From: Macrostomum hystrix | Taxonomy: Eukaryota > Animalia > Platyhelminthes | NCBI GenBank assembly: GCA_950097015.1 | Contig: CATNEN010000007.1 | Span: forward strand, 6,572,001-6,636,000 | DNA length: 64,000 nt | Direction of reading: 5' to 3' | Shown: one piece after another, positions 45,901 to 59,151 of the stretch | How the letters are laid out: every line of letters starts with the position of its first letter | Numbering within the stretch: position 1 is the first letter of the stretch | Made by a program: the position numbers and the translations under genes | The notes under the pieces: model-generated | Told to the model about the DNA's origin: nothing | The model's input: the letters and a program-made list of their open reading frames with translations, nothing else | Database searches by the model: none

Positions 45901-48900
45901 CCTTCAAATTCATAGCCAGTGTTTACACAGCATGAGTACCTGAAAATCATTAAGAATTGATCAGTCATCCTAAGAATCCCATTCAAAATAATTCCTATTC
46001 TAAAGAATCCCATTCTAAATGAATCCCATTCTAAATGAATCCCATTCTAAATGAATCCCATTCTAAATGAATCCCATTCTAAATGAATCCTATTCTAAAT
46101 GAATCCCATTCTAAAGAATCCCATTCTAAAGAATCCCATTCTAAAGAATCCTATTCTAAATGAATCCCATTCTAAAGAATCCCATTCTAAATGAATCCCA
46201 TTCTAAAGAATCCTACTCTAAAGAATCCCATTCTAAATGAATCCCATTCTAAATGAATCCCATTCTAAAGAATCCCATTCTAAAGAATCCCATTCTAAAG
46301 AATCCTATTCTAAATGAATCCCATTCTAAAGAATCCCATTCTAAATGAATCCCATTCTAAAGAATCCTATTCTAAAGAATCCCATTCTAAATGAATCCTA
46401 TTCTAAAGAATCCCATTCTAAAGAATCCTATTCTAAAGAATCCTGTTCTAAAGAATCCTGTTCTAAAGAATCCTAATTATTTCCCCGAGATTGGAGTTTA
46501 GCAGTCAAATTTATCAGTATGAATTAACGCAATAAAAGCTTAAGTTTTAGAACTGTATTTTACCAAATGTATTTATATATATCTTTGTTTCTTTAAAACA
46601 AAGTTTGGTCATTGAAATATAACTAATTACTGAGATTTAAACCTGCGTTCATTCGTGACGACTTAAAAAAGCGTCCAGCTCCCCGGAGTGGGGCATAAAG
46701 TGCTAGAGTAACTGACAATCAAGCCAGATATCCACACCTGTAGTACGCGCTTAGTAATCCGTGAACTGTGAGGAGGTCAACTATTTGTTAACCAAACTAC
46801 TTTTTACTCACCTCCTGGGCGTAGTGCCAGGCCTCCTTGGCAAATCCGTGGTCGTACATGAAAAGGGCCGCCTCTCGCTTCTGATTGGCTGCGGCGTAGG
46901 CGGCCGCCGCCGACTGCAACTCGCGCTGCTCCACAAAGAATGTGACCCGCTCCTCCAGTGGCAGGGATTCAACCATCTTCTCCAGCTTCTCCTTGTTGCC
47001 ATCATTCTTATAGGCTTTAGCGCCACGCAGTAGGATGAGCTTCTCGTCTGGCAAACGGGCCAGCTCCGCCTCCAGCCTGGTGGCGTCGCCAGCGAAGCGC
47101 TGCTCAATCTCCCGCTTGGCCTGCTGGCGAGCCTCGAAGGCTTCAACGTAGAGCTTGTGCTGCATCAGGTACTTGGCGGCCTGGCCACCGAAGCCGGCCA
47201 TCTGCAGGGCCTCGGCCGCACGCTGGTAGTTCTGCGTCTTGTCAAACACCTGCCAGACAATTTTGAGAGTGTTTCTATGCTAATCTTTATATGGATAAGT
47301 AGATCAACATGGCAACGATTGAAATCAGGCATGACAAGATTCAAGGTCAAGATTTTATTATTGAGATCAGGGCATGTTAACTGGAAATATTTATTGTTTT
47401 TATGATCTGCCCAAAATATTCAACTAATCGACATGGAAATCCAGAACACGGGCTAAAATGTGCCGCTCTATCGGATGAAACAACTTCAATAATCACAAGA
47501 CATCGGCATCGTCGAGATATTCAACGATTCCCATGGGGGTTCATAAGGCATAATAATTCTGCTCACACAATTTCATGATTTAAAAATTTCGGCTGATTTA
47601 GATTATTACTCCGATTCATATTAATTTTAATTACTATAGTATTAAAACAACACAAATTTAGTTGTCCTTGTCACCAGGGTATTCGATAAGAACCGCTGAA
47701 TATCTCGACGATGCTGACGTCGAACGGCTATGAAAGCTAGTTCATCGTAAAAAGCAGCGAAATTTTGATCCATACGGTGGACTTTCACGAAAATCGGTCA
47801 TTCCGTTTTGGAGCTGTCGTGAAGTAGGCAGCGGGTATTTGAAATGCCCTCGTGGTCTTTCCCTAGGGAGGAAATAGCGTAGACTCACTACTGTTAAGAG
47901 TGACAATGATGGAGGGCCAATAAGAATAGACAGAGGTCGAGTAGAATGACATCGATGAGGCAGTCACTGACCCTGAATACTCTGTTGTACTGTCCAAGCA
48001 GCTGGAAGAGGTTGGCAGCCAGCAGTGGCTGCTTGCCGTGCTCCAGACACTTGGCGGCCTGCTCAGCCCAGCCCAGGGTCAGGTAGATTCGGGCGGCAGA
48101 GACGAATTCCTCGCGCTGCTGCCGGGCCTCGGTAATTTTCAGAGCTCGCAGAGCCTTTCCGTTGGCCTCAGCCAGCTGCTTGAGCTCGGCGTCCCCAGAC
48201 CGGTTGTAGCACTTGGCAGCCAGGTCGAATAGACGCCGGCAATAGAACTCGTGACCTTTGGCGCGCCACTGCTCCGGGCTGGATGTCGAAGCGAAGCCGT
48301 CGGCGCATTCGAGAGACAACTCAAGCGACTCGCTGCCGCTGGCGACTACCTTAACTACCTACAATTAGCATAGTTTATAGTTCGCATGACACATTCAAAG
48401 TGAGGCTTTGTAACTATAGGACTATAATTATATTTTAATCATCTGCCGATACACTGAAGCCCCGCACCTTCATAGTCTTGAAGAACTCGAACATTGGCTT
48501 GCGAACTTCTTCGTTCTCGTCGAAAATCCACACGTTGACCCTGGCCCTAGTGACGGCAGTGTACAGATGCTTGAGCACACTATTGAGTATCTTGTGCTCG
48601 CCGGCATTGAACTCAATCGGCCGGCTGGACCGCTTGGCGTACTCGCCAAGGTCGAGCTGCTTCAGCAGGGCCGCAGGCGTGGCTGCGTTGCTGCTGACGC
48701 CGGCTCCGTTGGTTGAGGCCGCCTCCTTGACTAGGTCGCGCAGAACGGCGCTAATGACGCGCCAATCCTATATTTGATGCGTGGGTGGAATTGAAAAGCT
48801 GATCAAGGTAATCGAGTCAATTGATTACAGGAAGCTACGAGTGGTGTTCGGCAAATAATGCTACTCTTTTATTTTCTATGGATTCATGTTTCATTGTTAG

Positions 48901-50316
48901 TCGCATTGAGACAAGTTTGGTGCCATTTAACAGTAGGGGGGTAGTTTTGTGCTGCACCCGAACGGAGCAAAGCAAGCACATGAAACTCAAGAACACGGGC
49001 CCATCTTTTTGTTGCATTTTCTGAAACAAGAATCAAGTCGCCAGCTCCTCAGACCGTCAAGATATTCAATGGTTCTGACCGAAGTTCGGATTTTTCACAT
49101 AAGCGCTAGTGTATTTCATACACCCCTATACACGAATTAGCAGTCCGCCCCAGTGCGGCCTTGCCAGGCCTTCAAAATTTATCTGCGTGTCATCCGAATG
49201 TGCCTGCATCATCTACGTCTTTGGTGGTCACCTACCTTTATCTAGACGGACTGCTGGACCTTCAAGGGCTACAACAGGTGGAACAAGGCCACTATGGACA
49301 CCCTGACCTAAAGCAGTTACCTTCTCTCCGGCAGGCGAGTACTTGAAGAAGTTGTACAGCAGAACATCATCGAATTCCAGGCCCTTGGACTCGTACACAG
49401 TCAGCACCAGAGCGATGGACAACTCCGGCACATTCTTGACCAGGTCGCGCCGTGCCTCGTCACTGGCAACAATGATGGCCTGATGCGCGCCAAAATCGAT
49501 GTGGGCATTGCTCTTGCGCCTGACACCCTGCAGCAGGAAGGCCAGGTCAGTGGCTGAGCAGGACTCAATTAGGACGGGATCCGGGCCTCGGAACAGGCCC
49601 ATGTCCGGCTCCAGCGGGTCGAAGGTGCTGGGGAACAGGCGGCCCAGTAGCAGGATCACACAGGAGGCCAGGCCGAGGATGCCGGAGTGGCTGCGGTAAT
49701 TGTGCGTGAGAAACTTCAGCCCGTCAGGCATGCGCAGCGCACTGGCGGCGCCCCGGGACTGCAGGCCAAGCCTGGCGTGGTAGAACAGGTTCCGCAGGTC
49801 CACAAAGCGGAAGGAAACGCCGCGCATGATGCTCTGGGCGGTGTCGCCGGTGAAGAACATCCGATTGGGATCCTGGCAGCAGCGCAGGAGCAGGCTGAGC
49901 TCGGCCTGGGTGAAGTCCTGCGTCTCGTCGACGAAGACAGCGTGCAGCGCCCAGTCCTCTTCCGGTGGCGGCGCCGACTCGGCCAGCCAGACGGTCTGGC
50001 GCCGATACAGGCAGACGACAAAGTCGCACATGTCGAACAGGCAGAGGTCCCGCAGCAGTCGCTGGTATTCTTCGAATACCTTATATACGCGCTCGCGCGA
50101 GTCCGAGAACTCAGGAGCGCGCTTGCGGCCCAGCATGCAGTACTGGGGCAGCGACAGGTAGCCGTTGGGCGAATTCAATGCCTCCAGCGATCCCTTGATG
50201 AAGGACACCAGCTCCGTCCAAACTAGGCTGGGCTGAAGGCCGGAGCGCAGCTTGCTGGGGATTTTCTCCCACACTTTGGTCGAGAACAGCTCATAAGTTA
50301 CCTCGCGCCGTCTGTC

Positions 50317-50349
<33 letters not shown>

Positions 50350-53300
50350 ATCCGCGGTTTCACTGTTTGTCCCACCTTGGTTGGCGCCAGAGCCTTCGTC
50401 ACCATTGACGCCGCCTCCGTGTTCATAGTTGACGGCCTCAAACAGGTCATCGGCGTTGCTGTCCAGCAAGAACTCGATGTCGGCCTCTTCATCCTCCCAG
50501 CCGGGCACCTGGATAAAATGCAGGGATTAAATTAGGAAAATTACACAGTGGCGAAAGTCATTCGGCAAACTCCAAAGCAAGCTTAAAGCCTGTTGTTGGG
50601 CACATATCGAGGGTTTGTTTCACAAGGGCGTAAAATGCTCTAAAAGACTCGGAGCATAATTTGAGTGGCCTGGCCACGGATTCGAGCTTGGGGACCTTTG
50701 GTGCGTTAACCGCTTACATTATAAAGCCCAGCTCACCCTCTTGGTCAGGCTGCCGTCCTCGTTCCGCTGAAAGAACGGCTGGCCGGGCAAGCTGGCGTCC
50801 AGTAGCATCCACATCTGCTTAGAGCTGACAAACATTGGGAAGTGCCCAGTGGTGGCCTGCTGCAGCTTCAGCGGCAGGTCCAGCTCCGGCTCCGGCAGTT
50901 CAACGTCTCTCAGGCCGGCGCATAAATCGTAGAAATTTTTGCGGACTTCCCTGCACAGCACCGGATTCTTGGTCACGAATAGCTGGCGCAGATGGTCGCA
51001 CTGCGGCTCAGGCGCGTCAGCGTCGTAGTTGTCAACATTGTCCTGGACGTTGGCGGCCGCAACGGCGCTCTCCTCATCGTAGGTGTCCACGGTGCTGTTA
51101 GTTGTGCGATTTCTGTTGCGCGCGCGGCCTCGGTTGCGGCCTCGGTTGGGCTGCTGGTGCTGCTCCCCAGCATCGACTTCTGCGGCTTCGCCAGCGTCAT
51201 CGCCGGTGTCCGCATCCTCGTCAGAGCCGGCGTCGTCAGCTGCCTCGGAATTAACCTGCATTTTAAGTCTTAAATTTGAGTTATTTAACACCAAGTGATG
51301 CAAAGAGAAAAGTAAATTACGCACCAGTTTGTACAGCCGTTGTCGCGGGATGAGCGGATTGGCCACGGAGCCGGCCTGTCGCCAGTAGTCTGCGAAAGCG
51401 GAGAACATGCGAAACACGCAGCAGGTGGTCTTGCCGGTGCCGCTGCGCCCGATGAGCAGCACAGGAGCATCGGAGCTGAGCTCGATCACCGCGTGTTCCT
51501 GCTCAGTAACGCGAAACGGCAGGTCGATGCGTGTATCGCCATTAAGAATTTCGTGAATAAGGCTGGCGTCCCAGTTGTAGAATTTCATAATGTGATATTC
51601 GGTGTCCTTGGAGGCTCCGGGAGGCTGGAAGCGGACCAAACTTGAGTCGCCGCCACCGGCGTTGACGCTGTAGGTGCGCGGCAGGACTCGACCGACGTTG
51701 TTTTCCGTGGCGCCGGCTGCGCCGATGGTGCTATGAACTGCCGCGTTGAGCTCGCGCGCCAGGGCGCACTCGGCGCCGCGTCGGTGCGCCGTGACTGCGC
51801 GCGACACTTCCTCGTCTAGAGCTTCCGGACTTTCAACGATGGCCCACAGGCGGAGAACGTCGCAGTAGATTCGGCCGTGCGGACCTGACCGCTTGGGGCT
51901 GAAATTCACAGCCCGCTCCCACAGCAGAATGGCCTGGCCGCCCAGGCTAGTCTTGTACAGCTGCAGATTCAGCGGCTTCCCGGCTTCGTTGACTGCTGCA
52001 GTCGGCGGGCGAATCTTCTCAGCCAGGGAGCTCCAGTTCCGGCCGCTAGCTAGCTGCAGCAGGCGCGTGGCCAGGCGGCGCTTCAACTGGCGCCACGTGT
52101 TGCGGTGCCGGCGAAGGGCGTTCCACAGCTCAACCTGCGGGGCGGGTATGTGCGAGGAGGGGTTGGGTTGAATTGGGCTGTCTGGGATTGTGAAACTGAC
52201 TTTACACAGTGGAGGGCGCATCCATTGCGCACTTAAATTTAACAGCTTTTACTCCAGTCCCTCTGGGTGCCATCTTATCTGAAATCGTGTCTAACGTCTG
52301 TCTACCGTATCACCCCACCTTCCAGATCAACTCCAGGACACCGCACGCAGGCAATCACTAACCGTGCATTCGATCTCCCAGTCCAGCTCGGAAACGTCCG
52401 GAATGAGCGTCGCGCCAACATTGCCAGCCTCGTCGTCGCTGCCGGCCAACTCATCTGAAGGAGACAGCTGACGATACTCAGCATCGTCGCCGTTCTCTAC
52501 ACCATCTTCGTCGTCCTCGCCATCGGAGTCATCAGGCTGCGCCAGGTCGCGTGGATTTGGCGCCCGAACAGGATTGCGAGTCATGTCGTTGATGTCGTCC
52601 TTGGTGAGCCGTTCCAGCTTCCGGTTGAACCACTGCAGCATCTGGTCGAATTGAGACAGCGGCGTCTGCTGCTGCGCCGATGCTGCCGCAGCTGGTGATT
52701 TTGACGCCATCGAGTCCCAATCACCGGCCCATTGCTTAATCGATGCGGCTGACGCGTCCTCGCTTTCAATTTCAACTTCGCTATCGTCGCCGTCGCCGTC
52801 GGCGTCCTGATCTGGCCGGGTGTCCACCGGCTCCGGTGCCGGGAAGCGAGCTGCCACCTGGGTCAGCTGCAGCACCATCTGGGCATGCTCGCGCCGGCGC
52901 ACTGTCCGGTTGATTGCCTATGAATGAGATAAGAAACATTTTAGAAAATAGTAGAAAACCAATAGCGAATTGCAACACTTGCTACTGATAGTAACATGTA
53001 ATCTACGGACTCACCTGCAGCGCAGTCTGTCTAGCTTTGTTTCTTAAATTCGGATTTGCTTCGGTTAGTTCAGAGATCTTTCGCACCGCCTCCACCGAGT
53101 GCCGGCTTCGGGTGGCAGCCGCCACGTGGTACAGCGTATTGCCGTCTTCGTCACGGACACAGGGATCCAGCTGAGGATTCAGGTCGGGATCAGTTTTGTA
53201 TAGGGATACCAAATACTCGAACAGGTCGAAGAATCCGGGCTCGACGTCCAAGGCCACGCTGAGGGCTTTGTGCAGCGGATACTCGCCGAGGCAGTCGGAT

Positions 53301-56300
53301 CCCAGCAGGCCCAGCTGCATGAGCTGCGGCACGTCGCGTGCAAATTTTCGCACTTGACTCGGCTCCAGCTCCGTCAGGTCGCACTGGGCACCAGCGCGGC
53401 GCAGCAACTCCACCAGCTCCATTCGCTTCGTCATTTCGCCTCGCTGGTAGCCGGATAGCAACAGATCCTGCAGTGGGCGAGTTGCAACACGATTATTCAT
53501 CAATCAGTTACTGACAAGGAGACAGGCGACGGCGGTTGGCAATTTTATTCGTCTTAACTTAGCCCTAGAGCAACCTCACACTACCCACTCCTACAACAAT
53601 CCCACTGCAGTCCCACATTACCTACTACCACTGCAATTCGAAATTACCCACTCCCACTGAAATCCCACATTACCAAATCCCTCTGCAATCCCACATTATC
53701 CATTCCCTCTGCTGTCTGCAATCCCACATTACCCGCTACCCGCCAGCCACATCCCAGCTCCCGCTCGCGCACCTGCAGCCTGATAATTGCGGCCACGCTG
53801 CCCTGCCTGACGTCGGCCACAATCGTCTCAACCGCATGGACGCCCAGATAAAGTCTGAGTCCGTGCTCAAGAGTCCTTTTTAATTCTAGGCTGGCAAATT
53901 TTTCCGAGGCTCCCGCGTCGTAGTAGCACTTGAGCAGCAAGTGGATGGACTTCCAGCATTTGAAGCTGCCGTCTTCCGCAGTGTTGGTCTCCAGGGTGAA
54001 GAGGCCGTGTAGCAGGCAGGCCAGCAGGGCGGGCGGTTTCAACAGGCTCTCCGGGATGATGCGCGGCGAGATCAGGTCGCCCTGGGATAGCAGTTCAAGC
54101 AGGTCTGGCAGCAGGCGGCCCAGCAGGTCAGCGTGGGATTTGCTAAACTCCCGCTTGTGATCCTCGTGCAGCAGGGTGCCATAGAAGCGCAGCAACTCTT
54201 CGCGTTTTGATAGGCCGCGATACTTCTCCAAGCTGAGCTCGCACGACTGCGGAGGTAAAAATTTATATTTAATACAGTCTACAAGAGAAAGAGCTTTAAA
54301 ACTTTTCCGAAACCCACTCCTACTACAATCCCACACAACCCCCTCCTACTACAATCCCACACTACCCACTCCTACTACAATCCCACACAACCCACTCCTA
54401 CTACAATCCCACACAACCCACTCCTACTACAATCCCACACAACCCACTCCTACTACAATCCCACACTACCCACTCCTACTACAATCCCACACTACCCACT
54501 CCTACTACAATCCCACACAACCCACTCCTACTACAATACCACACTACCCCACTCATAATACAATCCCACACTACCCACCACCCCTACTACAATCCCACAC
54601 TACCCCCTCCTACTACAATCCCACACTACCCACCACCCCTACTACAATCCCACACTACCCCCTCCTACTACAATCCCACACTACCCACCACCCCTACTAC
54701 AATCCCACACTACCCACTCCTACTACAATCCCACACTACCCACTCCTACTACAATCCCACACTACCCACTCCTACTACAATCCCACACTACCCACTCCTA
54801 CTACAATCCCACACTACCCACTCCTACTACAATCCCACACTACCCACTCCTACTACAATCCCACACTACCCACTCCTACTACAATCCCACACTACCCACT
54901 CCGACCAACATTACCCACCAATAGATCTGCCCACACGTTTTCATCGTCAGAGCGTGTACACTGTCACTGCCCCTTAGGGTTGGCGAATCATTATCAATCC
55001 TATCAGCACATGATGATTCAATAATAACTGGCATTGCGTCAGCGTTATCCCACTCACCTGGCACAGGTAGGCACCGCCGCCGTCTTCGGAGATTAGACTG
55101 GCAGCATCGGCCAGAAGCAGGTCGGTTCGCTCAGGCTGCACGCCCAGGCGTTGAGCAAAATAATAAAACCAGCAGTGGTAGACTCGCTCGCCAGGATCCG
55201 TGTAGCTCAGGCAAGTCTCCGGGTATTGCAGGTAGCCGTACTCGGCGTCGGACGGCTTGTAATAATCGACCGCTTTGCGTCCCTTTTTATTTAAAGCTTG
55301 TGGATTAACGTGCCCGTATCTGATGGGTGGGTGGCGGGAAGGCAAATATTTTTAGAAGTTTTATTAAAAGTATTCGTACGAGATTTGATCCTTAATTCTT
55401 CTAGATTCGTAATACATAATTGAATCTGGACAAAGCCTATATGTGCTTATAAAAATTAATCAACAAAAGGACTACACTGTAAAAATGCTTATATAGTACT
55501 TTGATGCGGTAACATGTGAATAACAAGTTATTCATGTACTTTTTTCGCTATCAAAAAAAATTTTTTTATATTTAATTCTTCTTTAAGTTATTATCTTACT
55601 TAAATAAATATCTTTCGCCGAGGCTTCGTCTTTGCCTGCACAATTGCTTTGTGAATACAGAATATTCACAATTTTACTTCATTCGCGAAATTACGTATCA
55701 AAGCGAAAGAAAATGTTACATTATAATCCTTACGCTGATTTATTAGCTTTGATTTTCTAAGTCACGTGCAGGCTTTGCTTGCAAATTTAGCACGAATCGA
55801 ACGAATCGGGGGGTAAACCCAACCAGTGGCACAGCCGCAGCTATTGTGCGGAGCTTCCAACGAATTTGTACAACTGTTCAGTACATGGACTGGGGCGGCC
55901 AGATTTCTACCCCAGCTAATACGAGCGTACTGGTACCAATTTCACAGCAGAGTGAACTGCAGGAGTCCTGCTCAAGGACACAAATTCTTTCATCCTGAGA
56001 TACGAACACCCGACCTCTAGGACTTAAGTTCCAAAGCTCTGACCACAAGGCTAGAAGAATAGCTACCGCATCAGCAATAAAGAAATCTAAGCAAATAAGC
56101 ACGCACCTGACGAGCAGTTGAATAGCTGTGCAAGCGAACTCCTTGGAGTATTTGCAGCCGTGAATTTCTCCAGCCTCGCGAGCCGCGCCAATCAGGTGCA
56201 GCAGGGTGTCACCGGTTGTGTCTACAGCGCGAGGCCGATAGAAGTAGAACAGGAATCTATAAAGATCCAGCGAGCCCGTCTGCATGGCCCGGACGATGGC

Positions 56301-59151
56301 CGTGTGAAAGCAGGTTGCGCCCATGTGACCTATAAAATTTATAAGATGGGAAACGGTTTCAACCAAAGCATAATGGGTTAGCCTACTAAAAGTAGCATGA
56401 GATGCACTATTTTGTATCAATAACGGAATCTTGTATAAGAGCCACTACAGTTAAAAAGCCTAGTTACTATTCGGGCACGGCGCATTTTGAAACAATGGTT
56501 CTCTACTCTATTCTACCCACTAATCCAGCTCTCTGCTCAGTCGTGTCTGTTTATATTATTAGTTTAAAAAAACTACGCACGCACCTGCAAGCGAAGAATT
56601 GGGATCCAGGCCCAGCAGGCACAGTACAGTTAATAAGCGCTCTCCGTAGCGCCTCCACTGGGCTGGCGGCAGGGCCAGCAGATCCCTTGTAGGCGCCGAT
56701 CGGCACAACCGTTTCTGCTCAGACTTTAGCGACTCCAGCGCCGGGCCGGAGAATCGATGCCGGCCCGAGCCAAATACAAGCAGCTGGCAGAGCGCCAGGT
56801 AGTTCCTACTAGTCAAATGATACTGAACAGCTGGCAGCCAGATTGCAGCCTCCTGAATCTGCATTGACGACCGGAGGAAAGCCTTGCGCAGAGACAAAAC
56901 TGACGACTTGTGCCGCTTCTTGCCACCGCCGCCGCCGTCGCCACCGCCGTCTAGCAAAGCAGCGATCTCGGCTAGCACTGAGCTCAGCAACGGCCCAGAC
57001 GCGGAGCCCAGCGACTTCAGAGCATTGGAATCGGCTAGCCCGGCCAGGTAGGCGCGAGCAGCCAATCGCGCTGCGTTGCTGGGCAACAAGGCGGCTTTCG
57101 AAGCAGCAGCAGCAGCGGAGGAGGAGGAGGGGGCTGTTGAAGGGGCGGACTTGGCCAGCAGCAGGTGTCCAGCCAGCAGGTGAAGAATGGGAGGCGCGTC
57201 GCCTGCAAATTTAACGCCGAGGCTGATGGCACGAGCGGCCGACGTGCTTCGGGCTAGCGGGCAGACGGCAGTGGCGGCGCTGCAGGAGCCAACCCGGTGC
57301 TGGCCCTAAGGATTTTTTAATTCCCATGCATTAGTTAATGGTTGCCTAGCAGAATTCAGAATTCAGAAAGTACAGAATTCTAGCCTATAATTTAATAATC
57401 CCCAAAACACACTTCCTTGGGGATAAGTGGCGGAACAGTCTAAAGAGTTTGCCTCTCGCACTAAGGTTCCTTAGCTCGATTCTGCGACGAGGCGACAGTA
57501 ACTTTGGGCGTAAGAGAAGGCTGTGGGCTTGTCGTACAATGTTCAAACTTGAGGGCGCACCTCCAAGGCACAGTGAGAGTGTACACTGCCCGAAGGTGAG
57601 AAATTCCGGGGCAGGTGTGAGGGCGGGCCTGCGTACAGTATATCTGTGCGTGTGTAGTCTACTGCAACACTTTCCAAACCTGCAACAGTCATCAGTTCGC
57701 CTCACCTCGCTGTGCGGTGCCAAGTTAAGCGCCACTTTCAGCAGGGAGCCGGCCACGCGGGCCCTGAATGGCTGCTCTGTCACCCGATCCGGCGTCAGGG
57801 ACGGCCAGACCCGGTCGAACAGGCTGGCGTTCCAGCCGCCGCCGCCTCTTCCGCCGCCGGTAGCCAGATTTTCAACAATTTCCACTAATTCAACTTGACG
57901 CAGCGTCTGCGTGCCGCCACTATCTGTCAGGTTGATCAGGTAGGTCGGATCGTTGAACGGAGCTGCCAACTCCACCGACGGCCCGCTTTGGCTGCGGAGC
58001 TCGGCCAGCGTGAAGGCCAACAGCTGATTCCGGCGTTGCTGCCGCTTCATCTCATTCAGCAGGCAGTTCCAGGCGGCAGAGGACAGCTTCAGTTTGCGCA
58101 GGCAGCCAGCCGCAGTGTCGCCGACGCCATTGGCGACATTCTTGGAGGCGCCAGTCAGCGGCGCGCGATTGCGGCGCAGCCGACTGGAATAGCCGGGCGG
58201 ATCGGCGGTATCAAGGTAGTCGACGTACATATCCAAGGCCGCGCTGGAGCTGAACTCGTCAGTGGGAAATGAACAGTTGGCAAAGCAGGCGGCTACAACC
58301 TTGGGCACATAGTCCAGCAGGTTGATGTCTTCGTAGATCTTTACTAGCCAGTGATACGACTGCGGGAAGGCCATAGTGAATTCATACACCGTCAGACAAT
58401 AAAAAGTATCTGGGGGTCGTTTGAAGAGCGGTTAACGCATTTGCATCTCACACCTAGGTTCCTGACATTCATTTGGGGCGCAGCCGTCGAGAGAAGGCTT
58501 GGAGGCTTGTCGTGCAATTTACATCCTTGAGGGCCAACCTCCAAGGCACAGTGAAGTGTACACTGCCTGACGATGAGAAAGTCAGGGCAGATGTACACAC
58601 CTGTGTGAGCGTGTGCCTGCGTAAAGTAACTGTGTGCGTGTGTACTCAGGAGTCAGCGAAATGGGCAGAATTGCCACCTCGCTGGCTGCAGGTCTATTGT
58701 CACCAAATTATGTGCCATTGCCCACAGCCGCCCTGCAAATATTATTATTACCACTATCAGTATGTGTTCAGTAATCAGCGGAAAAGGTGAAGTTTACCTG
58801 TCGCAAAACCCACAGCTCTACCCATAACTAATAATACTAAGAAGGCTATCTATTTCTACGAAGAGAAGCCAAAGCTGGCCCCAGACCTACGCGCCAATAT
58901 TTCTTGTCGCATGAAAGTGCATTCCACGCGTCGTCATAGGCTGACTGTGTAGCTGACAGCTTGCGCCAGCAGGCCGACCGATTGCACAGGACCTTGGCCT
59001 TGGCAGACTTGTCCTTTGTGGTCTTGTCAATTAGGCCTATGCAGAATGAATAGAGCAGCAGAGCCGGGTGATAGTCCTCCTGACGGAAGTATTCGTTTCC
59101 GCGATCGCGAAAGAACTTATCATCGAAACGGAAATGATGCATTGCCAACCA
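42919..59151 (-). CDS. TRANK1: TRANK1/LBA1-like TPR- and ankyrin-repeat UvrD/SF1 helicase protein (~3,100 aa); exact 5' end uncertain
   Basis: Exons (minus): ~59151-58891, 58359-57706, 57305-56585, 56329-56107, 55319-55058, 54246-53773, 53467-53015, 52917-52363, 52134-51325, 51255-50737, 50508-49321, 48767-48468, 48358-47972, 47249-46812, 45863-45300, 45215-44469, 43704-42919. TPR (RDRGNEYFRQEDYHPA..LCNRSACW), ankyrin repeats (GDTLLHL, GEYPLHKA, DEDGNTLYHVAA), SF1 motifs (LIGRSGTGKTT; VFVDETQD; FTGDTAQSIMRG; LTHNYRSHSGIL; LTVYESKGLEFDDV; LYTAVTRAR), C-terminal TPRs. Possible ATG|gttag first exon at 61861-61859. Confidence 0.88.
43755..44435. repeat. Minisatellite, 19-nt unit (gcattccaattctacatcc/tta) filling the last TRANK1 intron
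   Basis: ~35 copies between donor 44468 and acceptor 43705. Confidence 0.96.
45970..46474. repeat. Minisatellite, 15/16-nt unit (gaatcccattctaaa[t])
   Basis: ~32 copies in a TRANK1 intron. Confidence 0.95.
47430..47880. mobile_element. Second copy of the foldback/MITE-like element
   Basis: catcggcatcgtcgagatattca...tgaatatctcgacgatgctgacg inverted pair; ends atttgaaatgccctcgtggtctttccctagggaggaaatagcg, like 42775-42818. Confidence 0.72.
54312..54901. repeat. C-rich minisatellite, 26-nt unit (cccactcctactacaatcccacacta)
   Basis: ~22 copies in a TRANK1 intron; a degenerate relative lies at 53575-53735. Confidence 0.95.
57425..57660 (+). mobile_element. SINE family B copy (diverged)
   Basis: gtggcggaacagtctaaagagtttgcctctcgcactaaggttccttagctcgattc head plus the family body. 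Confidence 0.75.
58415..58750 (+). mobile_element. SINE family B copy with (ATT)n tail
   Basis: gagcggttaacgcatttgcatctcacacc head, shared body, and ctgcaaatattattatta tail. Confidence 0.82.
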
